DNA of 63,739 nt, counting the filler, from Reticulomyxa filosa (taxonomy: Eukaryota > Protista > Foraminifera): NCBI GenBank assembly GCA_000512085.1. It is 20 parts of 20 records of this genome, joined end to end, with 100 filler letters (N's around TTAATTAATTAA, not from the genome) between each part and the next. Parts side by side here need not be neighbours in the genome. Positions count along the whole stretch, not along the records: positions 38,132 to 41,365 come from ASPP01004684.1; positions 41,466 to 42,477 come from ASPP01026304.1; positions 42,578 to 44,331 come from ASPP01033895.1; positions 44,432 to 48,106 come from ASPP01018720.1; positions 48,207 to 49,892 come from ASPP01035344.1; positions 49,993 to 57,715 come from ASPP01003153.1; 14 more parts are not named here. One strand, 5' to 3'. Every line of letters begins with the position of its first letter. The stretch's first letter is position 1. Both the position numbers and the translations under genes were made by a program. Of this stretch, positions 39,012 through 50,400 are shown one piece after another. The notes below the pieces were generated by a model. The model was not told the DNA's origin, ran no database searches, and worked only from the letters and a program-made list of their open reading frames with translations.

Positions 39012-41329
39012 TCATTGCAAATGTTTGGATATTTGAGTAATTTGAATATTTTGTGCAGCAACAATGTACTTTATGACATCGAACCATTTTGGAGTAGCAT
39101 TTTCATCTTTTTCTGGGTGGACATTATTAAATTTTTGAGATACAACCAAGCTTTGAAGACAACGTCTATATGTATCCAGCAATCTGGATGTTTCCATGGT
39201 GGATTTATTTTCTGCACGTTCATGAATAGCCACAATGACCCGAGGTTGCTTGAAAGCAATTCGTTTGAGAATCTATAAAAATGTTGTACATCTGTGATAA
39301 AAAAAAAAAAAAAAAATAAATATTATTTAAAGTTAACTCTAAAGAAAAAGTGTTTTGCATCGTCTTCTCCACAAATACGCTCCAAGCATTGTTTTAGCTC
39401 CACTAATATATTTTCGTGTAATGATTCCATAACTGTTGAATTCTCAAACGTTGATGTATCACCTCCAATTAATGACAACAACATATCGGGATCAAAGTCG
39501 ACGAAGATGACACCAAACACATCCTTTGAGATGGATGCATATTCATTTGACAACAGATCATCCGCCACCTCCCCAAATAGCAGAGCAGACTTATGAAGGA
39601 CAAGATTATCATTGCCAAAGTTTTTTCTCTCTCTAACTTTCTTGCTTTTTTTTTTGAGCCACTCAATTACTTTGGTTGGTTTTTTGCCCGGTTGAGCCAC
39701 GATCAAGCTTTGTTGGGATTCTTGGCTTCGGAATTGAGCGGCTGAGGAGTCTTGGAACAATGAGTCATTCGCATCAATATCTGTATGGGACAGCCCTCCA
39801 AACTGTCTTTGAGCAGAGCGGTGGGCAGAAGAGATGGTTTCCAGAGCCATCATATGAGGATCCGATTTTACTTGGTGTTGTTGGAGCGGAACATAATATC
39901 ATAAAAAGAATGATACGCTGAGCAGATGTCCACAACACACATTTAACACTACAAACAAACTACAACGAAGAAAAAAAACAAAACCTAATTTTTCCAATAG
40001 TTTGGTCCAAGTCCACAGCCTTGACGCATAATCAAAAGGACGGATACTGATTTGCTTCTTTTTAAAATCTCGGAGCCAGCCAGTAAAAGTGACGTCAAAC
40101 TCCAGACCTCCAATTCTCACCCGATGGAAATATCTCTTGCCAACTAAGTCATCGAGCTGAACATCCCCTCCAGCTGCAATATCATCAATTTCTTTGGCTT
40201 TTTCTTTTTCGGCGCTGTCTTTTCTTTGCTGCTTTTTTTTGGAAAAAGTTCCGAGCAACTCTGACTTTTTGTTGAGTGGCTTGTTATTTTTTTTGGAATA
40301 AAATTCTTCAGACGAGCTCAAAAAGTACTTTTTCAATTTCTTTGTGGTGTCCAACGTCAAATCGATTTGTAAAGGGAATACATTGATTTCCAAATGGCGA
40401 TAGCAAGGAATGAGTGGATGAGAATTTTTAAGGAAAGGCGCACTCTTATCTGCCCGAATGGTCAATATGGCTCTCCGCGATCGAATTAATACCTCCGTCC
40501 CCGCCTGCTGCCATTTATCGACCTGCGGTTGAATGATCTTCTTCGAAAGAGTTTTCGTCTTGGAGGCTTTGACCTGCAGGAAGTCCTCCACACTAAGTTG
40601 TGACTTCTTGCTGTCCTTCGAAGGGGATTGCCAATTGTCTGCCGCTTCTTCGGTCATATGTGATCCCAATGCTTCATCACTGTTATTTTCATTGAGAGGA
40701 TAAATGAGGAAGAGGGATCTTTCAAACACCTTTTTTTTTTATATTAATTAAAAAAAAAAAAACAAACAAACCTGGTTTGTGGTGTGGTGGCTCCTTCTTT
40801 CTCACTATGCTTGTGAAAAACCAACACACTATCAACGGCAATTTTTTTGATGGTCTCTTGTGTCTCTTCGCTTATGTCGTCTGTCTTTTCGTTTGGGAGT
40901 GTTGTGACTTGCGACGGACTTGCTTCGTCGATAATATGCTCTTTGATGAGTGGGATTTCGGACACCGTTTTCAACTCCGACGCTTGCTTCCACGAGTCCT
41001 CTTCCGATGGCTCCGAAATTTGGAAATGCTCGACTCGGAGATCGGCATACCTCGACATGTCCGTATGCAGCACGTGCGTTCCATACAAATTGGTCAGCTC
41101 CGCGTTGACAAAGGTATGAGCACTCACGTCCGCCAAATTCCAAATAACGTGATTGGCCTGGTACTCCACAATCTTCATCGGCATGTTTTTCTGATGGATC
41201 ATAGCATTCCAATTGGTGCGCGATTCTTGCAAGTCTGGAGATGCCACGGGATGATCTGCATGTATAGGATCAGAGCCACCACCATTTGTACTGTGTTCAC
41301 TAATGGGAGGGGGATGAGTACTATGGTTA

Positions 41330-41330
<1 letters not shown>
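39012..41330 (-). CDS. Bridge-like lipid transfer protein 2 (Hobbit/KIAA0100/FMP27) C-terminal region, partial
   Basis: Apt1-like motifs HLEINVFPLQIDLT...KKYF, YFHRVRIGGLEFDVTFTG, FDYASRLWTWTKLLEK and KSALLFG. Confidence 0.75.
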
Positions 41331-41365
<35 letters not shown>

Positions 41366-41841
41366 NNNNNNNNNNNNNNNNNNNNNNNNNNNNNNNNNNN
41401 NNNNNNNNNTTAATTAATTAANNNNNNNNNNNNNNNNNNNNNNNNNNNNNNNNNNNNNNNNNNNNAAAAAAAAAAAATTGCATCAAATTGTAAAAACTAC
41501 AACAGTTGGTGTAAAAGTAAAGTTGCAATTGAAATTGACTGAGTTTGGTATAAGAAGAAAGAGCAGCCAATTCAAGTCATTCCATCCAAGAATTTTCTCA
41601 AGCAAAGTGGTGGGATACATTGGATGATAAGTTTCCATGAAATGGCATCTCTATGACGAAGGAAGAGTAGAGTATAGATTAGTATACTTTTCCTCCTTCT
41701 GTGTAGATTGACAATTTTTTTTCCTTCCAATGACACGATCAATGAGCAAAAAAAAAAAAAAAAATATTGTGTTGGCAATGAATAACAACAACAACAACAA
41801 CAACAACAATAACAATAACGATAACAAAAAAAAAAAAAAAG

Positions 41842-42436
41842 TTAAGAATATCTTCTTTTTGGGGAAGGGGCCTTCAAAGCGTCAGGCGCAAAAGCTCCCC
41901 CTTTGAACTCAGTTCTTTTGTTGAACTTCGAAGCAGTGACAGCAACACTTGAGGTTTGTGGAGTCTGACGTCGATGAAGATTGGAGAGATGTCCAGTGGA
42001 CATGGCAGAGACGGAGGAGGATGGAGCATGATCTCCATTGGCAGCATTGCCACTACCACCATTATTACCATTATTACCATTATTACCACTATTACCACTA
42101 CTACTACCACTACTACTATTGTTACCACCAGTAGTATTACTACTACTACCACTGGGACCATATAATCTCCGATGTTTCCTTTCGTGGTCATGTTTCATTT
42201 TCAAATGTTTCTCAAAGTTTTTCCTTTTCGATTCCATTATCTTCATTTTTTGGTACGAATGACTGCTGTAATCCTGATTGTAGTTCCGAGGAATCTCAAA
42301 GATTTTTTCGGGCTTTGGTACCGGGATCAGTAGTTCTTGTTTGGCCTTTTCAGTTTCTTCAATGTTACGTAATTTGTATTCCATTGGAAGTTCGACTTCG
42401 ACCATTCCTCCGAGCCAACGTTCACCTATTTCAAAC

Positions 42437-42438
<2 letters not shown>
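41842..42438 (-). CDS. C9orf78/Tls1/HCA59-like splicing factor, last exon
   Basis: WLGGMVEVELPMEYKLRNIEETEKAKQELL matches the conserved family block; G/N/S low-complexity tail. Confidence 0.75.
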
Positions 42439-42477
<39 letters not shown>

Positions 42478-44629
42478 NNNNNNNNNNNNNNNNNNNNNNN
42501 NNNNNNNNNNNNNNNNNNNNNTTAATTAATTAANNNNNNNNNNNNNNNNNNNNNNNNNNNNNNNNNNNNNNNNNNNNTGCCAACGGCATCTTAAACAGAG
42601 GCACAATTAAGCTTCTTTCGTTGTAATAAGTTAACAGGTAATTCTGATTCTCTTTCTTGTGTCATCATCTGATACTACATTTGCATTTGCTTGGAAGAAA
42701 GCATCTCATTTCTGCTTATATTAGCAATTTTGTGTAGTAGAACATAATAGCATTAAGAAATAAATAAATCTTATTTTTTTTCCATTGATCAAATGTGAGA
42801 TCTTCTTACATTGATATACCAAAGAGAGAAAGAGAAATAAAATGTATTAATATAAATTACTTAACATCAGTAAAAATTAAAATGAGAATTTAAGTTGCAT
42901 GTTTGTACCAAGCGTGTTGTTTGTCCATGACTTTTCGTTGCAATAGTTCTGCCCTAGCAATCTTCAGTTTTGTTGAAATCCATTTCTGTTTTAGCATCTG
43001 TAGAAACTTTTAATATTCAAGTCAGTTTTCATCAGGATCTTAGTTTAATATTGAAGACATTTTTTAAATTATTATTAACAAAACTATTTCATTAGGTTTA
43101 TATGCTGCTGCCAGTGCATAAAGAAATTGTGCTTGTGAAGCTTTACAATTAGAAAAAGACTCAATTTTGTATTTGTAACTCTGTTATGAAATTAATATTT
43201 TTTGTTTACTTTTCGTTATCTTTCTTTTATTCCTTGCTGTTTGATATTTTCAAAATACACTTTTTATTGATTGTTTCACAAACCAGTGATCAATGAAACA
43301 CAAGTTTTTGTTTGAAATGTTATGAGATAGAAGGAATACATTTTAAAAATTTATTTTAAGCATTCAAAATAGATTTAGATTAACAACTGAATTAAAAGCA
43401 AATAAAAAATACGAATTTGATAACAGAAGTGCAAATACAAAATTGCCCTTGTGAAGCTTTGCAATATGGAAAATATCAATCCAAAAGAAATAGAGGATTT
43501 CTTTATCTGACGAAAGGCAAATGTAATGAATACATAGAAAAGATTTCTCCAAAATTTATTATTTAAGTATATTTAAACAATATCGAATACCATATGGAGG
43601 AATATAAAAATCATACACTCAAAACACAACATCGAAGACCGAAGAAATATTGATTGTTATTTCTTCGTTCCATATTATTACCATTATTGTGATAGATAGA
43701 TTAGTCTTCAATCCTTCTTTGCATTTTGTTTATGCTATACGAATGTGCTTTTAACATTGTTCCGACCAATCAATTTCAATCTTTGCTGGTTTGATATGCT
43801 GTACTTCCTCATTACACTTTCAATATTATTCTTCTTTTTCGTGTGAGTACCACTTAGACTACTATTCACAACAACAAATGTTATAATACTCAAAATATTG
43901 TTTATTATGCCATCATTATCAAAAATAACTTCTTGTTGTGACTCTTCGTCAAAATGCGCAGAACAAAACACTTACAACATATTCAAAACTTGCAATCCCA
44001 ACAAATCCTGTTTGCGAAACAATTTCTGCCCAAGCCTTCAATCAACTCAACCTTTTTGCGTATCATACAGCTCTCGATCGACCAGTAATTCTTTTTGTAC
44101 CTCCGTCCGTCAAAAACCTTTGGAGAATTGTCTTTAATAATGTGATATCCCAAATGGTTAGTGATATTAATAATGATGATGATAATGGTAATATTGGAGG
44201 GCCAAGAACACAACTGGAAGTTGGTATTGAGTACTGTCAACGCGAAGAAAGGTCGATGGATAATTGGGGTGGCAATCCATATCGTGAATAATATCTTTGA
44301 TGACATGGCAAAAGCCTACAGTATGATGGATNNNNNNNNNNNNNNNNNNNNNNNNNNNNNNNNNNNNNNNNNNNNTTAATTAATTAANNNNNNNNNNNNN
44401 NNNNNNNNNNNNNNNNNNNNNNNNNNNNNNNATGTCTGATCTGAAATGAGTCACATACTGATAATTTGACATTTGGTGCTAATTTCACTTGTTGGATGTC
44501 ATTTGTCAATTCAACTATTTTTCACGGATTCATGTTGTAAAGCGTCAATTTTTTTTTCCATTTTATTTCAACAATTCAAGCATTAATAAATTGAAATCAA
44601 ATAAATATTTAAATAAAACTGTGTACGTC

Positions 44630-45201
44630 TGTAGATGCATTGATTAGGGCAAAGCAAGCGATGGATTGATTGCATTATCTACAGGATGTTGTTGCTGTTG
44701 AGACTCAGGTACTTCATTTGGACTTTTCATTTGAGCTTGAGCTTGGACTTGAGATTTTTCTTATACCAATTTTATGGCTTGTTGTATTTTGTCATATGTA
44801 TTTGCCCCTGCATCAGTATCATCATCGGTATTATCATCGGCTTCTGCTTCTGCCTCAACATTTAGTTCTGATCTTGGTTCGTGTGGCACAGCTTTAGACG
44901 TTGCATTGGACGATGCATTGATGTCAGCACTTTGTGCAACCAAGGACATTTGAATAGTGTCTTTGAGTTGGTCCTCTTCGCTCAGGTTTTGGGAGCCCAT
45001 TTGATTACGTTGGAAAAACTGTAGATTTCAACTTGGAATATCCACATACTTTGCACGTGGCCGCCTCTAGGACATTGACTGTTTCGCAAATGGCACACGC
45101 CCATTGGTTATCATTGTTGTCGGCCGCAAACTGTCCGTCTCCTTGCACTCATTCATTGCTTCAGCGTCGTTTTCAAACAAATCCTTCTTGGCCGTCATCC
45201 T
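44630..45201 (-). CDS. RanBP2-type zinc finger + UIM-like protein (frameshifted; gene or pseudogene)
   Basis: WACAICETVNVLEAATCKVCG (W-x-C-xx-C-xxx-N-x6-C-xx-C) and SEEDQLKDTIQMSL lie in different frames. Confidence 0.6.
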
Positions 45202-45521
45202 GCATTCTTTCTGGTACTACTTCTCCAAATAAATATAAGCATTCCATATGTTCCATTTTGTCTGGCATTGATAACTTTGTTTCCAATGTTTTGTTGTGTT
45301 CTTTTTTTTGGACGGGTGCGAGAAAAAAAAAGGAAATTTCCGTCTTCTTTTTTTTTGACTGTGACGTAATGAGTGACTCTATTGAAGTGGCTAACAAACA
45401 AGGTATCGAATAAACTTGATATCAAAATAGATAAGATATCATGTACATTCTTTATTTAAAAATAAAGTGCAGTGCGTCAGATTTTATATGACCCAGCCAA
45501 ACTAGACAATATTGACTTTTA

Positions 45522-46429
45522 CAGTAGTTTGCAAAAAAAACAGTACAACAAAAAAAAAGGCTTTTTAATATTTGACATATCTTTATTGAAAAGAGCTAAA
45601 GTAAAAATAATTTTGTAGATACATAGAACGAATCACAGACAATCTTTTCTCTATGTTGTACTATTATCTCTTGCATTTATTTGAAAGGTTATACATTTAA
45701 TTTTTTTTAGCTGGCTTTTACAGTATTTTTTTTTTTGTAACAAATTTTTTATTACATTTCTGTCAAGCTGTAAAGAAAAAATAATCCATTTAACAAACGT
45801 TTACACTTGCATTTAAAAGAAGTTTTTATGCATGGTGCAATGATATGTTGTCAGTTTTTTCCAGTTCTCTTTGTGTGTCACTTGCAGTTTCACAATTCTC
45901 AGTTACAAATCACCTGACCACCCGCCTGCGCATTTTATCACCCAAAATATATTTTCTTAATGGATCATGCTTTCTGTTGACATTCACGTTTGTTTGAAAC
46001 TCTTTTTCCAATTTTGGACAGTCATCACGCAACCTTGAAGTGTTTTGTCACTTTTTGCATAGACTTTCCATCCAAAAGCATTTGCAAAGCTATTCCCTTT
46101 GTAAACTCATCACAGTGCTTTCCCATAACGATTTTTACTTTCTTTTGTGTTTATTTGCATTAAATACTTTAATAATAGTCAGTGTAATTAATTTTAAACT
46201 TTTTGTTTGTAAAGATAATTTTTTTTAACATTGAATTTTTCAAACCTCTGAGGAAAAAGAAGGATGAAGAACTTTTCAAATAAATGCAAGATGTAAGATA
46301 GTACAACGTAGAGGAAAGATCGTCTGTGATTTGTTCTATGTATCTACAAATTATTTTTACTTTATCTCTTTTCAATAAAGATATACAAGTCAAATATTAA
46401 AAAATAGCTGTTTTTTTTGCAAAATACTG
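45522..46429 (-). mobile_element. Internally deleted Tc1/mariner DNA transposon (908 bp)
   Basis: TA|CAGT...ACTG|TA termini; ~160-bp imperfect TIRs (45522-~45688, ~46272-46429); transposase HTH remnant from 46126 (MGKHCDEFTKGIALQMLLDGKSMQKV..TVQNWKK..MRRRVVR..ETASDTQREL). Confidence 0.85.
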
Positions 46430-47004
46430 TATATTACCTTAACATACTTAATATGAATATTGTAGTAGCAGTTACATTGCTAGATCTTATTATAGATTGC
46501 CATTAATACCGGCACCAATGGGAGGGTGGTTGCACAGACCGGATTCTGCACTATGTGATGCCAAGTGACTAATTTTTTTTTGTCTTTAAATTCAATTAAT
46601 TTTTTCATTTCTATTTGACAGTAACTGATTGAGGCAAATATGTTTGAAAAAGATTAGTATATAATGCCAAGAGTAAAGGCATTTGATCAAAATTTGTTAT
46701 CATGATGCAAGTATTGTAAAATTAAGAGATTTATAAAGAAATATCAGAAGTTTATGTGTTGATAGTGTTATATTGGTTAGTTATAAAAACGACAATTGAT
46801 TCCATCTGTAAATACTGTCACAAAACTCAATACATAAATTCAAAAAAACGTTACACCAAATAAATTTCAAAGTTAAAATTTAAATTTCACAAAAAAAATT
46901 TCAAAAAAGTGAATTTTAATGTTGACCTGAAGATTCCCAAAAAAGAAAAAGATTTAAAAATTACATCTTAGCAACACATGTTTGGTTTATATGCATTCCT
47001 GCGA

Positions 47005-47116
47005 AATTTTCAAAAATCATATAAAAAAAAATTAGAGTTAAATGTTTATCTTTCGTGAAGAAAACCGATTCTCTTAAGAGTGCCTTTAGGTATGCTAGTT
47101 TTTTTGCAATATACTG
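47005..47116 (-). mobile_element. Tc1/mariner-type TIR end
   Basis: gtgcctttaggtatgctagtttttttgcaatatACTG|TA; upstream sequence resembles 12730-12830. Confidence 0.65.
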
Positions 47117-47306
47117 TACAATATAAAAAAAAATGGCCTTTTTTCAAAAAGCATTTTTGTCAGATTCTCAATCCACGACAATTTTTTTGATTGTTGATCT
47201 TATATCTTCCATTCTTGACATGCATATTGATATGCACATTCATAGGCAGCAGCACAATACTCCCATTTCAAAAATTGACGTGGAAAATATTTTAAATCAC
47301 AATGTT

Positions 47307-48106
47307 TCAGCATATGAGTAAAATTTCAGCTTTTGCGTTTCGTTCTATCTGCCCTTGTTTATAGGCAATTTCACGCCAAGCCTTTAATATCCCCTTCATA
47401 GTACCCATCGAAGTTCTTTTAACAAATTCTTTGATTTGTGTTCGTGCTTCATCGGTTAAAGGTTGTCGATAAATCCCAAGAACAAATGGAGCAATTGAAC
47501 TTTCATCCAAACTTTCAGATTGAACTATATTATGCAATTGGCGCCATAACACTCCAACATGTTTGCCACAGAGCTGATCCCTTCTATCATCGGAACAGCC
47601 TCGTTGAGAAAACAAAACCCAATCTTTTTTCTCAAATTGCAATTTTTCAAGTAATTTAGTTAATATCATATTTACTCGAAAATTTTTAGGATTTTGATAC
47701 AAATAAACAATTACATCATTTAACATTCCCAGTGCTTTTTGTTTTTCCAGAGGTGAAGCAGCTGACAAGTTCAATTTGTCCCAAAATGACTGGAATTGTG
47801 CATTTTTGCATTTTTTATGACGTGTTTCAATAGTTGTAATGCAACTGTGAATATCAAAGCCACTACGATATTCAAACAAAGGAATAATAAATGTAAGTGG
47901 TCGTCGACCATGAACAAAGGTGTGACGAATATCATTTTCAATAGATTCCAAGTCGAAGCATTTGGATTTGTCACTTTGACCATATTGTAATACTGGAATA
48001 CTTCGTCTTTGAATGATATCATTTAAATGATTTTCATCGAAACATAAAATATCATTTTCAGTGATATCAAAAAGGTATTTCGGCGTGGGTTGTTGCAAGT
48101 TGTCTT
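47307..48106 (-). CDS. RNF213/mysterin-like C-terminal fragment
   Basis: DITENDILCFD...SIPVLQYGQS...FDLESIENDIRHTFVHGRRPL resembles the RNF213 C-terminal block; 5'-partial. Confidence 0.55.
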
Positions 48107-50235
48107 NNNNNNNNNNNNNNNNNNNNNNNNNNNNNNNNNNNNNNNNNNNNTTAATTAATTAANNNNNNNNNNNNNNNNNNNNNNNNNNNNNNNNNNNNNN
48201 NNNNNNTTTTAATAAAAAGTATACGTTTGTTTGTTAATAGGCATGCCCCCATCAAAAAAAATAAATGTGTGTACTCCCTCTCCCCATCCCCGTGCAAAAG
48301 AAAAAAAAAAGAATAGGATTGGAATTGGAGCTTTTAGCTCCGAAGTCAAGTTTTGTTTGTATGTTGTTTTTTTTTAAATGAAAAATTCTTTATTTTGTCG
48401 ATATGTTAATAGGAGTCAAGATCGAGCAATTGGAAGTTTTTTTGTTTTTATTTTATATTTTTTATTTTTTATTTGAGTGAGAGGGTAGTGAAAATTGGGT
48501 GATAAAAAATGTGAAAAAATGTAGGGAAAAATGTGGGGAAAAAATGAAGATAAATGTTGGGAAAAAATGAAGATAAAAAGGGTTGGGGAAAAAATGAAGG
48601 GAAAAAAAGGGTGGGAAAAATTTGGAAAAAAATTTTATTTAAGAAAAGAGAAAATTTAAAAAGAATTAGAAAATTAAAAATGAAAAAAATGTTAGAAATA
48701 AAAATAAAAAATTAAAAAAATAACAATGTGGAAAAAAGAAAAAAAATTAAAATGAGAAAAAAGATAAAAGAAAGATAAAAGAAAGATAAAAAGAAAAAAA
48801 GAAGAAAAAAAAAGAAAAAAAAGGAAAATGAAAAAGTGAGAAGAATAAGAAGAGCAAAGCAACAGCAGCAAAAATATGTATCGGCGCCGGCAGATATAAT
48901 TGAAGCCGACAGTTGTGGAAATTCGCATCAATTTTATTTAAGTGAAAGAAGCGAGTATCAGAGACTGGTCGCTAATATCGTGTACGTTGCGTTAGTTAAC
49001 ATTGATTTTAGTCTGTGTGTATTTACAGGAATAATCTTGTGTCTTGAGTTTATTGGAATCGTCAATAAAAGTGGTCCAATTTTGTGGAGTTGTGCGAAAC
49101 TCCGTAAAGATGTCGACAACCAAGAAGAGTAAGATAATGATGAAGATAATTCAGAATAATATCGCGTTGTTTTTTTAAAAACATGAGTTAGTCTTGCTGA
49201 CTTTGATCATAGAATAGTTAATCTCTGGAAACATTCAAAGTCTTCACTCACGTGCATGTACTACCTTCCAATTGCGCTCCAATGAAAGTGTGGAACGCGT
49301 GTGTCAAACCCAAAACATTTGAAAAATTTGCTCCCCATCAACGTCGGCGCATACAAGTATATGCAAACAATTATTGGTGTGACAAATCATCAAAAACGTC
49401 AAGACCCGATCTAACGAGCCAAAGAACAAGTAAAAATTTGTCGTTATAACAATAGCGCTAAGTTGATCAACGCAGTGAAACAATAGAAAATGGTTTTGTG
49501 TTCCACATATTTGTAACTTTGATTGTGCATATGCTGATGGAAGGTGTCGTTGGTGCCGCCGAGTCGACGTGAGTTTTAAATCTTGAATCGCATATTAATC
49601 AAAAATCGTTGAACCATGGCAATCAATAACGTCAAGGAATGAATACGTCCAATAATTGATAAGAATACGAATTGTACCTTCCCTCCATCATTGAATGAGA
49701 TTCCACCGATCCAGCTCGAACTCCAGTGTCAATGGTATTACGTATTTTGATCGTATGTAGTGACGTGGATATTTCACTTGCATATCCGACTTCGTCGAAA
49801 ACTTGGGCCTGCACTGCAATTATAAACTCTCAAAACGACTCGCTTCATTTGGAAGTCGTAGATACAATTCGGTTTTCACGTCGCAAAATTGGNNNNNNNN
49901 NNNNNNNNNNNNNNNNNNNNNNNNNNNNNNNNNNNNTTAATTAATTAANNNNNNNNNNNNNNNNNNNNNNNNNNNNNNNNNNNNNNNNNNNNTTTTTTTT
50001 TTTTTGTAAGTGCTAGTGTTCATTTTGGACGATGTACTTTTGATTGAACTTGGAGACACTTCGTTAAAAAAAAATGTTAATTTCTTTGTTAAAAAATTTG
50101 AAGAATTATAAAGTAGCATTTTAAAATACATTAAATATAAATTGTGCAATAATTCTTATCGATTCAGATTCACTTGTTGTCTACCATTTTAATTTTTCAT
50201 AGTGGCATCCAATATTATTTTTGAATCTTCATATA

Positions 50236-50400
50236 CAGTACGATAAAAAAGAAAATTGACACCTAAAATGCCACCTTATAGAGATGATTGTGTTTCTCCA
50301 TGAAAAAACAACATTTAATCAAAATTTTTTAAAAAAAAAATCTACAAATCGTGTAGTTTTTAAATATCATTTTGGTTTTTTATTAAGTCTACAAATTTCT
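50236..50400 (+). mobile_element. Tc1/mariner-type TIR end
   Basis: TA|CAGT start; near-identical to 35920-36066. Confidence 0.75.

Noticed and set aside
42578-44331. Possible gene around 43735-44331
   Set aside because: No frame gives a recognisable or uninterrupted product. It may be a decayed gene but cannot be called.
48836-49892. Coding-like GC-richer stretch
   Set aside because: Only short ORFs with no identifiable motif; insufficient support.
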